Below are positions 50,687-60,318 of a stretch of DNA of 64,000 bases, piece after piece (the stretch's first letter is position 1; every line of letters starts with the position of its first letter). The stretch lies in IMG/VR virus record IMGVR_UViG_3300042359_000621; one strand, 5' to 3'. The stretch comes from a virus. Made by a program: the position numbers and the translations under genes. The notes under the pieces are model-generated. The model searched no databases. It saw only the letters and a list, made by a program, of their open reading frames with translations, and had not been told where the DNA came from.

Positions 50687-51114
50687 AAACCTTGAATCCT
50701 TAACTGAATAGGAACCTCGTTAATCTCCAACAATCCTTTTTTAGAAAGTTTTGCCAATTCAACCTGAACATCTTGCACGTCGAATTTAATTTCTTTCTCC
50801 TTCCCCAATGGAGTTACGCCAGAACAGTCAAGTATTGTGATCAGATTTTCTGGTGTAACTTCTAAATCTTTATTGCAGCCATAAAGAAGACGAAGCATAT
50901 AGAGAATGTAGACAGATTTGTTTATTCCCCCTGCTATTAAATCCGATTGCAAATTATAAACAGATTGGACTAATTTACCCTGTTCATTCATCACTGTCCC
51001 CATATTTTTCTCTGGGAATTGGACAATATTTTCTTCCGTCGCCTCTGCATTTCCTAGCGAATACTCTCCCACAAACATGGTTTTCCTCCTATTTAGTAAA
51101 TGCAATCTTGGCAT
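50683..51114 (-). CDS. hypothetical protein
   Basis: 4-nt overlap in the gene train. Confidence 0.45.
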   Translation of the reverse strand: MPRLHLLNRRKTMFVGEYSLGNAEATEENIVQFPEKNMGTVMNEQGKLVQSVYNLQSDLIAGGINKSVYILYMLRLLYGCNKDLEVTPENLITILDCSGVTPLGKEKEIKFDVQDVQVELAKLSKKGLLEINEVPIQLRIQGL

Positions 51115-51379
51115 CCCAGAGGGTTTGAAGCCACTGGTTTTGAGTTGGCATTAAGTGTTCGTTATTTTTGAATGGATAGGGGAATATTCTCCTTGCTATT
51201 TTAGACGCTAGGATCGCGTCTTTTTTAGAGTGAAAATACCCTGGGAAACATCGCCCCGATGCCAAGTGAGTGACACCCCAATAATCGTCATCAAGTCGGT
51301 TAACGGCTAACCATTTACGGACTGTTGCCTTTATTTTCCAGCGCCCATAAATAGTATGGGTTACAATCGTTTTTCTCAT
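51089..51379 (-). CDS. hypothetical protein
   Basis: Gene train. Confidence 0.4.
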   Translation of the reverse strand: MRKTIVTHTIYGRWKIKATVRKWLAVNRLDDDYWGVTHLASGRCFPGYFHSKKDAILASKIARRIFPYPFKNNEHLMPTQNQWLQTLWDAKIAFTK

Positions 51380-51567
51380 GACTCAACCCTTGTTCTTGTG
51401 ATAACTGAAACGGGAACTCCGTCCCAATCTTCCTGGATATAGTATCTACCAGTGCCAGATTTGTTCATTTCCTCGCACTTTTTCCGAGCTTGATTAAATC
51501 TCGGATAAGACGCGATAATAACGCCTTTTCCTAGTTCCCAAATCGCGTAGCCCTTCTGTTTACTCAT
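51376..51567 (-). CDS. small hypothetical protein
   Basis: 4-nt overlap. Confidence 0.4.
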   Translation of the reverse strand: MSKQKGYAIWELGKGVIIASYPRFNQARKKCEEMNKSGTGRYYIQEDWDGVPVSVITRTRVES

Positions 51568-51913
51568 TACCTTTCTGTATTCGTCTTAGTGTTAATTTGG
51601 CATATTCAATGGCAAAAAATATGCCCCCCTCATACTGTTCTATGAGGTGTTCTGCAAACTCCTGATTTAGAGTTGGCAATTTGCAAAACAATTGTTGATA
51701 AATTTCCTCCGGTTGTGAGGTTTTTTTTGCTGACCGGAATGATGGGGCGACCCTACCGTAATCGGCAGGGAGTTCCCCGACTCGCTTCCACTGGAAAAGC
51801 GTGGCTCTCCCTATCCCAAGATTTCGAGATATCTCCGTCAGGCTTTTGCCCGACTTAATAGCTTCGTAAGCTATTTTCCTAATTTCTGGAGAATAACGCT
51901 TCGTACTTGACAT
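51560..51913 (-). CDS. HTH protein
   Basis: It has IKSGKSLTEISRNLGIGRATLFQWKR. Confidence 0.5.
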   Translation of the reverse strand: MSSTKRYSPEIRKIAYEAIKSGKSLTEISRNLGIGRATLFQWKRVGELPADYGRVAPSFRSAKKTSQPEEIYQQLFCKLPTLNQEFAEHLIEQYEGGIFFAIEYAKLTLRRIQKGNE

Positions 51914-52048
51914 CTGGTTTCTGGTTAATGGTTATTGGGTTAAAAAAAGGGTGTAACTAGAGGGCTTTCCACCCCAGGAGATTCTTACTTACAAACACAA
52001 TTAAATGATCTTTGTCTGGACATCACCTCCTTTCTGTCTTAAATTTAT

Positions 52049-52483
52049 TCAACACTCTGAAATATAGGTATAAGCATCATTTTGAAACTGCTCATTTTCC
52101 CGCAAAGATTGATGGTACTCTCCCATCTTTTTCAATGCGTGACCAAAATGTTTTAATGTCCCTCCCTCAAGTTTTATTAAATAAGATCCATTGTTGTTGA
52201 AATAATTAGGAAATCTCGATGAAATTGGACTATACCAATACAAATACATTTCATCATCTCCAATGAGCAGACCGATGTCACCTTGAAACATTTTTTCATC
52301 TTCATCAGAAAAGTCTTCAACCTTTTCTAATGTTTCGGATTTGATCGTGTGACACAAAAACGTAACGTCCGATACTATACTTGTGTCAATCTCTATGTCT
52401 AAAATGCCTGTTGTGGCTTCTAATGTCAGGTTGCTTCCCTGACTTAATAAATTTATTAAAACCTGTAATTGTGGTGTTAGCAT
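52049..52483 (-). CDS. hypothetical acidic protein
   Basis: Gene train. Confidence 0.45.
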   Translation of the reverse strand: MLTPQLQVLINLLSQGSNLTLEATTGILDIEIDTSIVSDVTFLCHTIKSETLEKVEDFSDEDEKMFQGDIGLLIGDDEMYLYWYSPISSRFPNYFNNNGSYLIKLEGGTLKHFGHALKKMGEYHQSLRENEQFQNDAYTYISEC

Positions 52484-52755
52484 ACATCTCCAAGTGATAA
52501 AACATAAACTTCTGTCCCTTGTTCAATTGTTCCTTCGCTCCATTCAGGCTTGGGGATTCCCTTAGAGATTCCCAACAATTCAACAGTTATCGAGGGGACG
52601 CTGTTGCCGTATCCGTTGGTAAATCGGATATGGGTTAGTGGCTTATTGAATCGGGATTGATAGTAAGGTTTAATCTCCCGATATTCCTCTAGCTTCACGC
52701 CGGAGGCTATCATGTCAAACCACTTTTTCTTGATGGCTAGAGTTAAGGTTTTCAT
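52477..52755 (-). CDS. ASCH-domain-like protein
   Basis: MKTLTLAIKKKWFDMIASGVKLEEYREIKPYY matches the ASCH N-terminal pattern. Confidence 0.55.
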   Translation of the reverse strand: MKTLTLAIKKKWFDMIASGVKLEEYREIKPYYQSRFNKPLTHIRFTNGYGNSVPSITVELLGISKGIPKPEWSEGTIEQGTEVYVLSLGDVC

Positions 52756-52997
52756 AACCCTTTTCCTGCTCTCATAAGTTCATTGATCCAGCGAGTGCGA
52801 TCGCGCCCCGCTTGTTGACCATCTTCATAACACCCTTGATCAAGGTGTGCTATTACTTCATCCCCTTTCAGGAGCCACCATTTCCGGTGATAAGGGACAG
52901 AACCCGTAGCGGTTCCCCAGAGTTCAACGCCTTCGGGCATCGCGTAATAATCTTTGTCGTAATTTGAAGCCACCCGTCTAATTTCTGATGCGTTCAT
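52752..52997 (-). CDS. small hypothetical protein
   Basis: 4-nt overlap. Confidence 0.4.
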   Translation of the reverse strand: MNASEIRRVASNYDKDYYAMPEGVELWGTATGSVPYHRKWWLLKGDEVIAHLDQGCYEDGQQAGRDRTRWINELMRAGKGL

Positions 52998-53087
52998 AAT
53001 TCTCTTATTTATGCTGGGTTTTGAATTGGGGGAATTTCACCCCCTGAGTTAATCAGTCAAGAACCAAGGCAATTGTTAACCTGAGTT

Positions 53088-53426
53088 TTAGTCTTCGATA
53101 ATTTTGATGCCGAAGTATTTCTCAAAATTTTCGTAGTCGTCAGATTCGCGGATATAAATATCTAATCCGTTACCGTTTTGGACAAAACCTCGGATATCCT
53201 TTGTTCCTTCTGGTAGATCATCCTCACCACCCAATAGGCAGGAATATCGGATTTCCTCTATATATTCGTCTTCGGTTAATTCAGCACCTTTACTTGATTG
53301 ATATTCCCCATCTGTTGATGTAGGAGTAATTGAGTAGAAATATTTCGGCATAACTTTCCTGGTTTCTTTTGTGTAGAGTGGTTTGAATTGGGGGAATTTC
53401 ACCCCCAGGAGTTGTTTAGAAATCAA
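53088..53426 (-). CDS. hypothetical protein
   Basis: Overlaps the upstream gene. Confidence 0.45.
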   Translation of the reverse strand: MISKQLLGVKFPQFKPLYTKETRKVMPKYFYSITPTSTDGEYQSSKGAELTEDEYIEEIRYSCLLGGEDDLPEGTKDIRGFVQNGNGLDIYIRESDDYENFEKYFGIKIIED

Positions 53427-54264
53427 TACCCGCAGCCGCCAATGCCTCTAAGTCACTAACAGGGGGTAATGCTGCCATAATTTGATCGGGTTGGATCAAT
53501 GGGCGTTTAGGCTGTAACCCTTGCCAGGTAAATTCTTTAGCCCGTGCATTGTACCCAACAAAATAGTTTTTCCAGGTTTCTAATGTTGGGTTTTCAAATC
53601 CTGCAACTTTACAAGCGGGGGATTTTGTTTCATCGCCTGCCATCTCGCGTTTAACCTCAAAAGCAAAAACGCATAAACTCTTGAATGTCATCGCTTTTTC
53701 ACTAGCAGGAATTTGGTTTTCAATGGCATGACAAGATGTAATTGCCGTTATGAATTTTCCCCATTCAACAGAAAAGGTCGCTTGAGCAGCACCAGTAAGT
53801 TTTAGGCTCAAGGGAATTTGGTGCAGAGGAATGTTTTTTGCATCCAAAAGAAATACATCAAACGCTTGAAAATTAGTGAAGTCTTTATTAGCTTTATGGA
53901 TATTTTTTTTATAATATCCATCAAAAACATTCGTTTGCTGTTCTTTTGTCGCAGTTTTATTGAGTGCCAAAACCGGAGTCCGAGGACACACTAACATCCG
54001 CATCTTTTTAAACGACAAACCTTGTTCAGTCTCACCGCTTGCAAAAACATATTCAATTAAATCTTTTTTGTCAAAATTATTCCATCCGGCTTTTGCGGCT
54101 TGGTTAATTTCGATAAAATACCCGCACTGTTTGGGGTCTTCTCCGCGTAAGGCTTGAATCCGGGGAAGCCGTGCATTAGGGTCTAAATATTCCTCGGATG
54201 CAAATTCATCGCGTTGAACTTGCATTAATTGATCTTGGTCAACATGGTCAATAGTTGAAGTCAT
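53416..54264 (-). CDS. hypothetical protein (282 aa)
   Basis: Clean ORF. The C-terminal tail ..AAAGIDF is faintly reminiscent of SSB-type tips. No confident family call. Confidence 0.5.
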   Translation of the reverse strand: MTSTIDHVDQDQLMQVQRDEFASEEYLDPNARLPRIQALRGEDPKQCGYFIEINQAAKAGWNNFDKKDLIEYVFASGETEQGLSFKKMRMLVCPRTPVLALNKTATKEQQTNVFDGYYKKNIHKANKDFTNFQAFDVFLLDAKNIPLHQIPLSLKLTGAAQATFSVEWGKFITAITSCHAIENQIPASEKAMTFKSLCVFAFEVKREMAGDETKSPACKVAGFENPTLETWKNYFVGYNARAKEFTWQGLQPKRPLIQPDQIMAALPPVSDLEALAAAGIDF

Positions 54265-54355
54265 TGTTTTAACTTGATTTCTGTGGGTTTATTCGGGCTT
54301 AATCGCACCGCCCCAACGCCTCACAATCGCACTATGAAGCGTAAGGGAAAAACGA

Positions 54356-54592
54356 TTACTGATTACGCTCTTTGTACATATCAAAAGGATAAAAGTCGTC
54401 ATCCGGCATTTCGGGAAAGAAGCCGTCGCTACCATCGGCAAATAGAATAATTCCCCCTGAGTTGTTGGGGTTCTTGATAAAAATGTCCCCTTCTGGATTT
54501 GAGAAATAATCCAGACTTAAACTAGATCCACGATCAGATCCAATCTCATAGGCTCTATCTAAATTTTTTCTGTCCATGTTAGTTTTCTCCAA
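54356..54592 (-). CDS. small hypothetical protein
   Basis: Gene train. Confidence 0.4.
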   Translation of the reverse strand: MEKTNMDRKNLDRAYEIGSDRGSSLSLDYFSNPEGDIFIKNPNNSGGIILFADGSDGFFPEMPDDDFYPFDMYKERNQ

Positions 54593-54782
54593 GAATCGAA
54601 TTAATTAATTCGTTAAACTCATTCATCGTTCCACGGGGAACCTGTGAGATGACTAAAGGAATTAGCTTGTCGTCAATCTCCACACACCGGGCATTTGTTC
54701 CCTGTTTGTGAAAAGGGATCGAATCCCTTTCTTTAATTAATCTGGCAAATTCTTCAGCTAACTGCTTAACATCCACATCCAT
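54579..54782 (-). CDS. small hypothetical protein
   Basis: Gene train. Confidence 0.4.
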   Translation of the reverse strand: MDVDVKQLAEEFARLIKERDSIPFHKQGTNARCVEIDDKLIPLVISQVPRGTMNEFNELINSILGEN

Positions 54783-55303
54783 TACGCCACCTCCTCGTCA
54801 ACCCAAGACTGTTCAACCAAAGCATCAACAGCCAACTGAAAACTCCCATGTCGGGATTGGGAATATTGAAACCCTTTCCCGTGTACCAACATCTCAGAAA
54901 CCGCATAATAATCAGATTTGTAGTTCACTACATAGCCCAGTTTGCAGCCGGTTTCATAGATGGCTGTACCTTTTGATTTTGCTAAGGAAACAATCATTTC
55001 TTGAGTTGGTTGATTCGCGTCGATTAATTCCCGTTTTTGGGAACAGATTAGCTCCCAATAGAATGAGAACTGATCCGCACCAATCAGAATCGCGCCACCA
55101 TCTGCTAACACAAATTTCAAGATGTCGTGATTGGTAAAGATACCTGTTATCTGTTCGGGCGTGGGATTGATTTGTCCGAATGTATCCCAAGCAATGACTT
55201 GGGCAGCGATGGTCTTGTCTAGTGCTAACGCCATGATTTCCCCTGAAATCAGAGGGGCGGGCGCTGTCTGAACTTGACTTGTTTGGACGGTTGTTGCTAT
55301 CAT
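54782..55303 (-). CDS. hypothetical protein
   Basis: First gene of the long minus-strand early operon. Confidence 0.5.
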   Translation of the reverse strand: MIATTVQTSQVQTAPAPLISGEIMALALDKTIAAQVIAWDTFGQINPTPEQITGIFTNHDILKFVLADGGAILIGADQFSFYWELICSQKRELIDANQPTQEMIVSLAKSKGTAIYETGCKLGYVVNYKSDYYAVSEMLVHGKGFQYSQSRHGSFQLAVDALVEQSWVDEEVA

Positions 55304-55522
55304 GGTTTAGTTGGGTTTTGACCCGTAAGGCGGTTGGCACTGATGTTGTAGTCGGGTGCTGACCGCTTTTGGCTTTGTACCTACAATCTTATAGTAATCT
55401 AATTACTATGTCAAGGGGTTTCGGAAAAATTCTTGTTACTACACAAAAAGAAGTTTAGGTATTGGCGGCAAGGCTTGTACAGAAAGGCATTTAGCTTATG
55501 CGGTTACAATCGACAATCACTC

Positions 55523-55855
55523 TCATCGCTTCTGACTAAAGGACTTGATTGTCACGGTAGGGAACAGGTCTCGGATATCAGCACCGAGGGTCTTTAAAAC
55601 AAAATCCAATCTTTCACGACTAACAGATGCAACTTTTCCCTGTTCCCATTTGAGGATTGTGTCAAAGGAAACCGTTGGCTCCGTAAGGGTTGCAAGTTTT
55701 TTTTGCGATATGTTTTTGGCATTTCTTACATCTTGCAATCTAGTCCCAACGTCCTTATCCCAAGCAATTTGGACAATACAGTTATATGGAATCATAATCT
55801 CCTCTTCTTGATCTTTCGGTATAGTATTGACATTACTACCTTTTTGTTCTAACAT
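55523..55855 (-). CDS. XRE-family HTH transcriptional regulator (repressor candidate)
   Basis: It has LQDVRNAKNISQKKLATLTEPTVSFDTILKWEQGKVASVSRERLDFVLKTLGADIRDLF. It sits at the divergence point between the early(-) and replication(+) modules. An alternative start exists at 55795. Confidence 0.65.
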   Translation of the reverse strand: MLEQKGSNVNTIPKDQEEEIMIPYNCIVQIAWDKDVGTRLQDVRNAKNISQKKLATLTEPTVSFDTILKWEQGKVASVSRERLDFVLKTLGADIRDLFPTVTIKSFSQKR

Positions 55856-56237
55856 AGCAATATTGTAGGAATCTGGCAAGACCAAATCACCAGATTCCTG
55901 CACCCCCTGAAACAACAAGCCTTGGATCGGCTTTGTAAATCGTAAGGGGAAAAACCCGAAAAGGAAAATGCCTATGGGATGAAACTGAACGGGCAGATTG
56001 TAGAACACCTAAATACCAGAGGGAAGATTCAAGCATTCCCTTTGGTTTCCTAAATAATGAAATGAAAAAAATAGCGATAGCGATTGCGATTGCGATTTTT
56101 GCAGTCATAAATTGTTTATTAATTTTCTGTGATGATTCGCAGAAAATCGGGGAAAATTCCCCGTCGGAAGAGCAACCCAAACGGGGAGATGGTCGAAGAA
56201 GCTGATCATCATTTTCCCTAAAAATTTTGAGGAAAAT

Positions 56238-56516
56238 ATGAAGATTTCAATTTCAGAAGAATTGGATGACATTGGAATGTCCGCCGAAGCATTCCGAGTC
56301 TATTTTGCGATCGTTTGCCATATTGCAAATCACGAGACGTTTCCAACGGTTGATCAAATCACATCAAAATGTTTTTCCAGACGACGCGCGTCTGGAAAAA
56401 CGCAGACAAGGCTTGCGTTGCGCGAGCTAATTAAGCTCGGTTTAATTAGCGGTGATATCGAAACGGAAAACTATACCTTAGTTCATCCCAGTAAGTGGGA
56501 AGTGGGGGCTGTATGA
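56238..56516 (+). CDS. winged-helix-like small protein
   Basis: It has ..TVDQITSKC......LRELIKLGLISGD. It forms an ATGA overlap with the next gene. Confidence 0.45.
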   Translation: MKISISEELDDIGMSAEAFRVYFAIVCHIANHETFPTVDQITSKCFSRRRASGKTQTRLALRELIKLGLISGDIETENYTLVHPSKWEVGAV

Positions 56517-57688
56517 AACCATCTATTCTAGCCGCCTTTGCAGAAGCCGTCCCCTATATCCCCGGACTCAGACAGCAAACAGGGAGCGTAGTAGCCACGA
56601 TTCTTATGATGCAACTTGAGTATCGTTTCGCAAAGTATCCAGACGGGTTTTATAAGTTTTTAGAACCCCCTCAAAACGGACATCAGGACTACAGGCTTGG
56701 GGATAGTTGGGTTGAGGAACTCGCTTTTTCTAAAGAAGAATTTAGGACTGGGTTTGACAAGATTGGAGTCCGTTACAACTCCAAAACCCAGTATGACGAA
56801 GCAAAATCTAGCGGATCGGAATTTGGTTGTAATTACTACTGTTCTTACGTTGACCGGAGGTCGGGGTTAACTTTCTACTTTCGGAATCACAGCAAGGTAG
56901 ATGAGCTAATTTCCGATATCGAACCCAGGCAAAAATCAGTGGGTTTTCGCCCACGGAAAACTAGACCCCAAATGGTAGATCCCAATCTACAGGAAATCGG
57001 GAATCCCAATTTACTGAATATGGTAAATCCCAATTTACCATCATCGGGAATCCCAATTTACCAGAGTGGTGAATCCCAATTTCCTATTCCTTATATAGAT
57101 ATTTCAGAAAAGACTTCAGAAAAGACTCCAGAAAATACCCCCCTTACCCCCCAAGGGGAATCGGAGGAGGGGGGGATTCAGAACGAAGCCGTTTTGATTT
57201 CAAACGAAGACCAGGGGAAAGAGCTTACCGAGGACTCTGCTACACAGCAAAGTCAAAAAGAGAATCACCGACCTGAACAAAATCTTAATCCGGTGATCAG
57301 ACATTCCGCCGCCGTCGAGTCCGATCCTCGATTTCTACCAACGGACGCAACAGCAGACAATATGAAAACTTGGAACGCAATTGTGGCGACCGGAGCCATG
57401 AGAGGTGAGCGATCGCCCGACCCTGAGTTTTTGGAATATTACAGGGGGCTATTAAGCAAATGCACTCATTACAGGGGCAAAGACTGTAATTCAAACCATG
57501 CCAAATCTTCCCTTGCTCAGAAATGGAAATCCGAGCCACTAAAAATCCTTGCCGATGCCGAGTCGTGGTTGAAATCAAAAGCCAAGTTTAGCGGTGGCAA
57601 ATCAACCCAGACCCGCAATATCAGCGAACTTTCTAGGGATGAACGCCTCGCCATCCTGAGAGCCAAACGCGAACAAAAAGGAGCCTAA
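56513..57688 (+). CDS. replication initiator candidate
   Basis: It lies upstream of DnaB and contains five 14-bp iterons at 23-24 bp spacing inside its coding sequence. No family motif recognised. Confidence 0.5.
   Translation: MKPSILAAFAEAVPYIPGLRQQTGSVVATILMMQLEYRFAKYPDGFYKFLEPPQNGHQDYRLGDSWVEELAFSKEEFRTGFDKIGVRYNSKTQYDEAKSSGSEFGCNYYCSYVDRRSGLTFYFRNHSKVDELISDIEPRQKSVGFRPRKTRPQMVDPNLQEIGNPNLLNMVNPNLPSSGIPIYQSGESQFPIPYIDISEKTSEKTPENTPLTPQGESEEGGIQNEAVLISNEDQGKELTEDSATQQSQKENHRPEQNLNPVIRHSAAVESDPRFLPTDATADNMKTWNAIVATGAMRGERSPDPEFLEYYRGLLSKCTHYRGKDCNSNHAKSSLAQKWKSEPLKILADAESWLKSKAKFSGGKSTQTRNISELSRDERLAILRAKREQKGA
56977..57084. repeat. iterons (candidate origin of replication)
   Basis: (A/G)A(A/T)TCCCAAT(C/T)T(A/C)C occurs at 56977, 57001, 57025, 57048 and 57071. 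An AT-rich stretch follows, with the duplicated cagaaaagact at 57104-57128. Confidence 0.6.
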
Positions 57689-57690
57689 CC

Positions 57691-58278
57691 ATGACCGAGC
57701 TTAACGATGAAATCTTTGATCAGGGAATTGAAAACCTGAAAGAAAATTTTTCCGACGCGATTTTCACCGAACTCAAATATGAAATTTGGTTCGACAAACT
57801 CTCTCAGGAGTTATCAGCTGAAGAATTTGAGACTGCAATCCGTGAGGCAATTTTCAACCTTAGCAAGTGTCCCACGGGAAAAGAGCTTGTAAGCCTCGTT
57901 AAAGAATCCGAACGTGAGTTAGTAAGTAACTGTTGGTCAAGATGCCTAGAATCGCTTGCTAAACGCCTCCCGTTGAATAATTTAGACGATGCGAGTCAAT
58001 ATGCAATCGTTCAACTCGGAGGGATGTCTCACCTTGGGTCGATTGAAAGTACCCAACTCAACTACCTGAGCAACGATTTCAAGACTCATTGGCAAGCCTA
58101 CCGAAAAGCCCCGCGAGAATTTGAGCGTCCCACGCAGGTCATCCCCCGTGAGCAAATCGAGTTCAAGCCCAATGGACTCAAGCCACAGATTTCAGAGGAA
58201 CAGAAGTTAAAAAATCAGGAATTTCTAAATAACCTGATCGCCACAAAAATGAATAAAAACTTAAATGGAGCGAAATAA
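57691..58278 (+). CDS. hypothetical protein (position fits a helicase loader or accessory protein)
   Basis: It lies between the initiator candidate and dnaB, with a 1-nt overlap with dnaB. The functional call is positional only. Confidence 0.4.
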   Translation: MTELNDEIFDQGIENLKENFSDAIFTELKYEIWFDKLSQELSAEEFETAIREAIFNLSKCPTGKELVSLVKESERELVSNCWSRCLESLAKRLPLNNLDDASQYAIVQLGGMSHLGSIESTQLNYLSNDFKTHWQAYRKAPREFERPTQVIPREQIEFKPNGLKPQISEEQKLKNQEFLNNLIATKMNKNLNGAK

Positions 58279-59591
58279 TGGAAACAATAATCATGCAAAA
58301 CGTTGAGGCAGAACAAGCCGTTTTGGGAGCGATTCTCTTAGACCCCGAAGCTATGGGGCGAGTTGCGGAAACGCTAACTGCTAAATCTTTTTCCCTGCGA
58401 TCGCATCAAACAATCTACAAAGCAGCTTTAGCATTACATTCCGAGGGAATAACCACGGATTTAATGACCGTCACTACCTGGTTATCCGATCAGAAATTAC
58501 TTGAGAAAGCCGGGGGACAATTAGGATTAACCCAATTATTAGACCGCACAGTTTCAGCAGTTAACATTGATCAATACGGGCTGTTAATTGCCGATAAGCA
58601 AACTCGAAGAAACCTAATTGAATCTGCCCATAAAATTATTGAATTGGCAGAAGATACCAGTCAACCTTTAGAGACAATTCTCCAAAAGTCAGAGGAACAA
58701 ATTGCTAATATTTCCCAATCAAAATCACAACAGGATTTAGTTTCGATTGGTGAAACTTTAATTGATACCTTTCAAGAAATTGAAGATCGGAGCGAAAGCA
58801 AGATTCCCCCCGGTGTCCCCTCTGGATTTTATGACCTCGATGCTATGACTGGAGGATTCCAACACACCGACTTAATTATTGTGGCAGGAAGACCTGCAAT
58901 GGGCAAATCGAGTTTGGCTTTAAATTTTGGATATAACATTGCCAAAAAAGGGTTACCCGTCGCGGTCTTCAGTTTAGAAATGTCCAAAGGTCAATTAGTC
59001 CAAAGACTATTATCGAGCGAAACCAAAATTGAAAGTACCCGCATTCGTTCGGGAAACATTCAGCAAGAGGAATGGGAACCTTTGACAACCGCAATTAGTT
59101 CCTTAGCAGAATTACCGATTTTTATTGACGACACCTCGAATCCAACAGTTAACGAAATCAAGAAAAAAGCCCAAAAATTGCAAGCCGAAAACGATGGAAA
59201 ATTAGGATTAATCCTAATAGATTATCTGCAATTAATGGACGGAGGAAGTGATAATCGGGTGCAAGAATTGTCAAGAATTACACGGGGATTAAAGGGAATG
59301 GCAAAAGATTTAAACGTTCCTGTAGTTGCCTTATCTCAGTTGAGTCGTGCCGTTGAACAGCGCACTAATAAACGCCCAATGTTATCGGATTTGAGGGAGT
59401 CGGGAAGTATTGAGATGGATGCGGATTTAGTAATGATGATCTATCGAGATGATTATTATAATCCTAACACTTCGGACGAGGGAATTGCAGAGTTAATTTT
59501 AGCCAAACATCGCAACGGCCCCACCGGAACGGTCAAGTTATTATTTGATTCTCAATTTACCCAATTTAAAAATTTAGCGAGGTCTAACTAG
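58278..59591 (+). CDS. dnaB: replicative DNA helicase DnaB
   Basis: It has the N-terminal NVEAEQAVLGAILLDPEA, Walker A GRPAMGKSSLALN and Walker B LILIDYLQLM. It also has LSQLSR..E.R.NKRP.LSDLRESGSIE.DAD and AKHRNGPTG. Confidence 0.95.
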   Translation: METIIMQNVEAEQAVLGAILLDPEAMGRVAETLTAKSFSLRSHQTIYKAALALHSEGITTDLMTVTTWLSDQKLLEKAGGQLGLTQLLDRTVSAVNIDQYGLLIADKQTRRNLIESAHKIIELAEDTSQPLETILQKSEEQIANISQSKSQQDLVSIGETLIDTFQEIEDRSESKIPPGVPSGFYDLDAMTGGFQHTDLIIVAGRPAMGKSSLALNFGYNIAKKGLPVAVFSLEMSKGQLVQRLLSSETKIESTRIRSGNIQQEEWEPLTTAISSLAELPIFIDDTSNPTVNEIKKKAQKLQAENDGKLGLILIDYLQLMDGGSDNRVQELSRITRGLKGMAKDLNVPVVALSQLSRAVEQRTNKRPMLSDLRESGSIEMDADLVMMIYRDDYYNPNTSDEGIAELILAKHRNGPTGTVKLLFDSQFTQFKNLARSN

Positions 59592-59600
59592 GAGAGTTAA

Positions 59601-59879
59601 ATGGAAAATTCAACAAAACGAGATGAGTTGATTGCATTTCTTGAATTCCATGTACCACTACAACTTTATGAATTAAAATTGCGCGAACTCGAGCCAGGGA
59701 CATCCAGATTTAACAAAGAGTTGCGCGAGTGTGGTCAGGTAGTTTCCGAAAAAGGTGACACCATTCTTTTTCACACCAAAGAAACAGCGAAAAACGTTGT
59801 TAAATTATCCAAAGCAATAGCAATGTTACTACTAATAAACAAGGAAGTAACAGTTTTCGGTACAACCTTTAAACTCTGA
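59601..59879 (+). CDS. small hypothetical protein
   Basis: Gene train. Confidence 0.45.
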   Translation: MENSTKRDELIAFLEFHVPLQLYELKLRELEPGTSRFNKELRECGQVVSEKGDTILFHTKETAKNVVKLSKAIAMLLLINKEVTVFGTTFKL

Positions 59880-59885
59880 CGACTA

Positions 59886-60314
59886 ATGGATAGACTTGGT
59901 TGGGAAGACTTAGGAAGTATTATCAATTGGTTTTACGAACAACAGAGACAAGGCAAAACTTCCTTTAAAGTTCAAGAAATGCGCGATAAGTTTAATTTGA
60001 ATATTCCAAACGCAAACACCAGAATAAAACGGTTTCTTAAGTTTGAAATCATTAAGCCACTAACTTATGGCAGATACAAAATCGAACCACTGTCGGAAGA
60101 AAGAATCCAGGAGATTAAAGACAAAATCATCCCCCCTAATCCCATTTTTAAAACCTATTATTTCAGGGGAAGACAACATACCGTTGAATGGATTTACCAA
60201 AACCAAAACCCCCCGATGACCCTCCAATATTTTGCTCAAAGACTTCAACGGGGTTGGTCACTAAAGAAAGCATTAGAAACACCGACCCGAAAATACAAAA
60301 AAGAGGTTAATTAA
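59886..60314 (+). CDS. DNA-binding-type protein
   Basis: The C-terminal TLQYFAQRLQRGWSLKKALETP resembles the GWS..KAL HTH module common in phage nuclease-associated proteins. Confidence 0.4.
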   Translation: MDRLGWEDLGSIINWFYEQQRQGKTSFKVQEMRDKFNLNIPNANTRIKRFLKFEIIKPLTYGRYKIEPLSEERIQEIKDKIIPPNPIFKTYYFRGRQHTVEWIYQNQNPPMTLQYFAQRLQRGWSLKKALETPTRKYKKEVN

Positions 60315-60318
60315 CGCC

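Noticed and set aside
54954-55340. ORF 54954..55340 (-).
   Set aside because: It is an alternative frame overlapping ORF 54782..55303. It is Arg/Ser-rich, which is typical of an out-of-frame shadow.
55856-56180. The N-terminal extension of the XRE ORF to 56008, and ORF 55887..56180 (-).
   Set aside because: The extension is hydrophobic and odd in composition, with no support. An HTH regulator of 90-110 aa starting at 55855 or 55795 is more plausible. The region more likely holds divergent promoters and operators, such as the gcgatt x3 repeat at about 56073-56096 and the palindrome ggggaaaattcccc at about 56149-56162.
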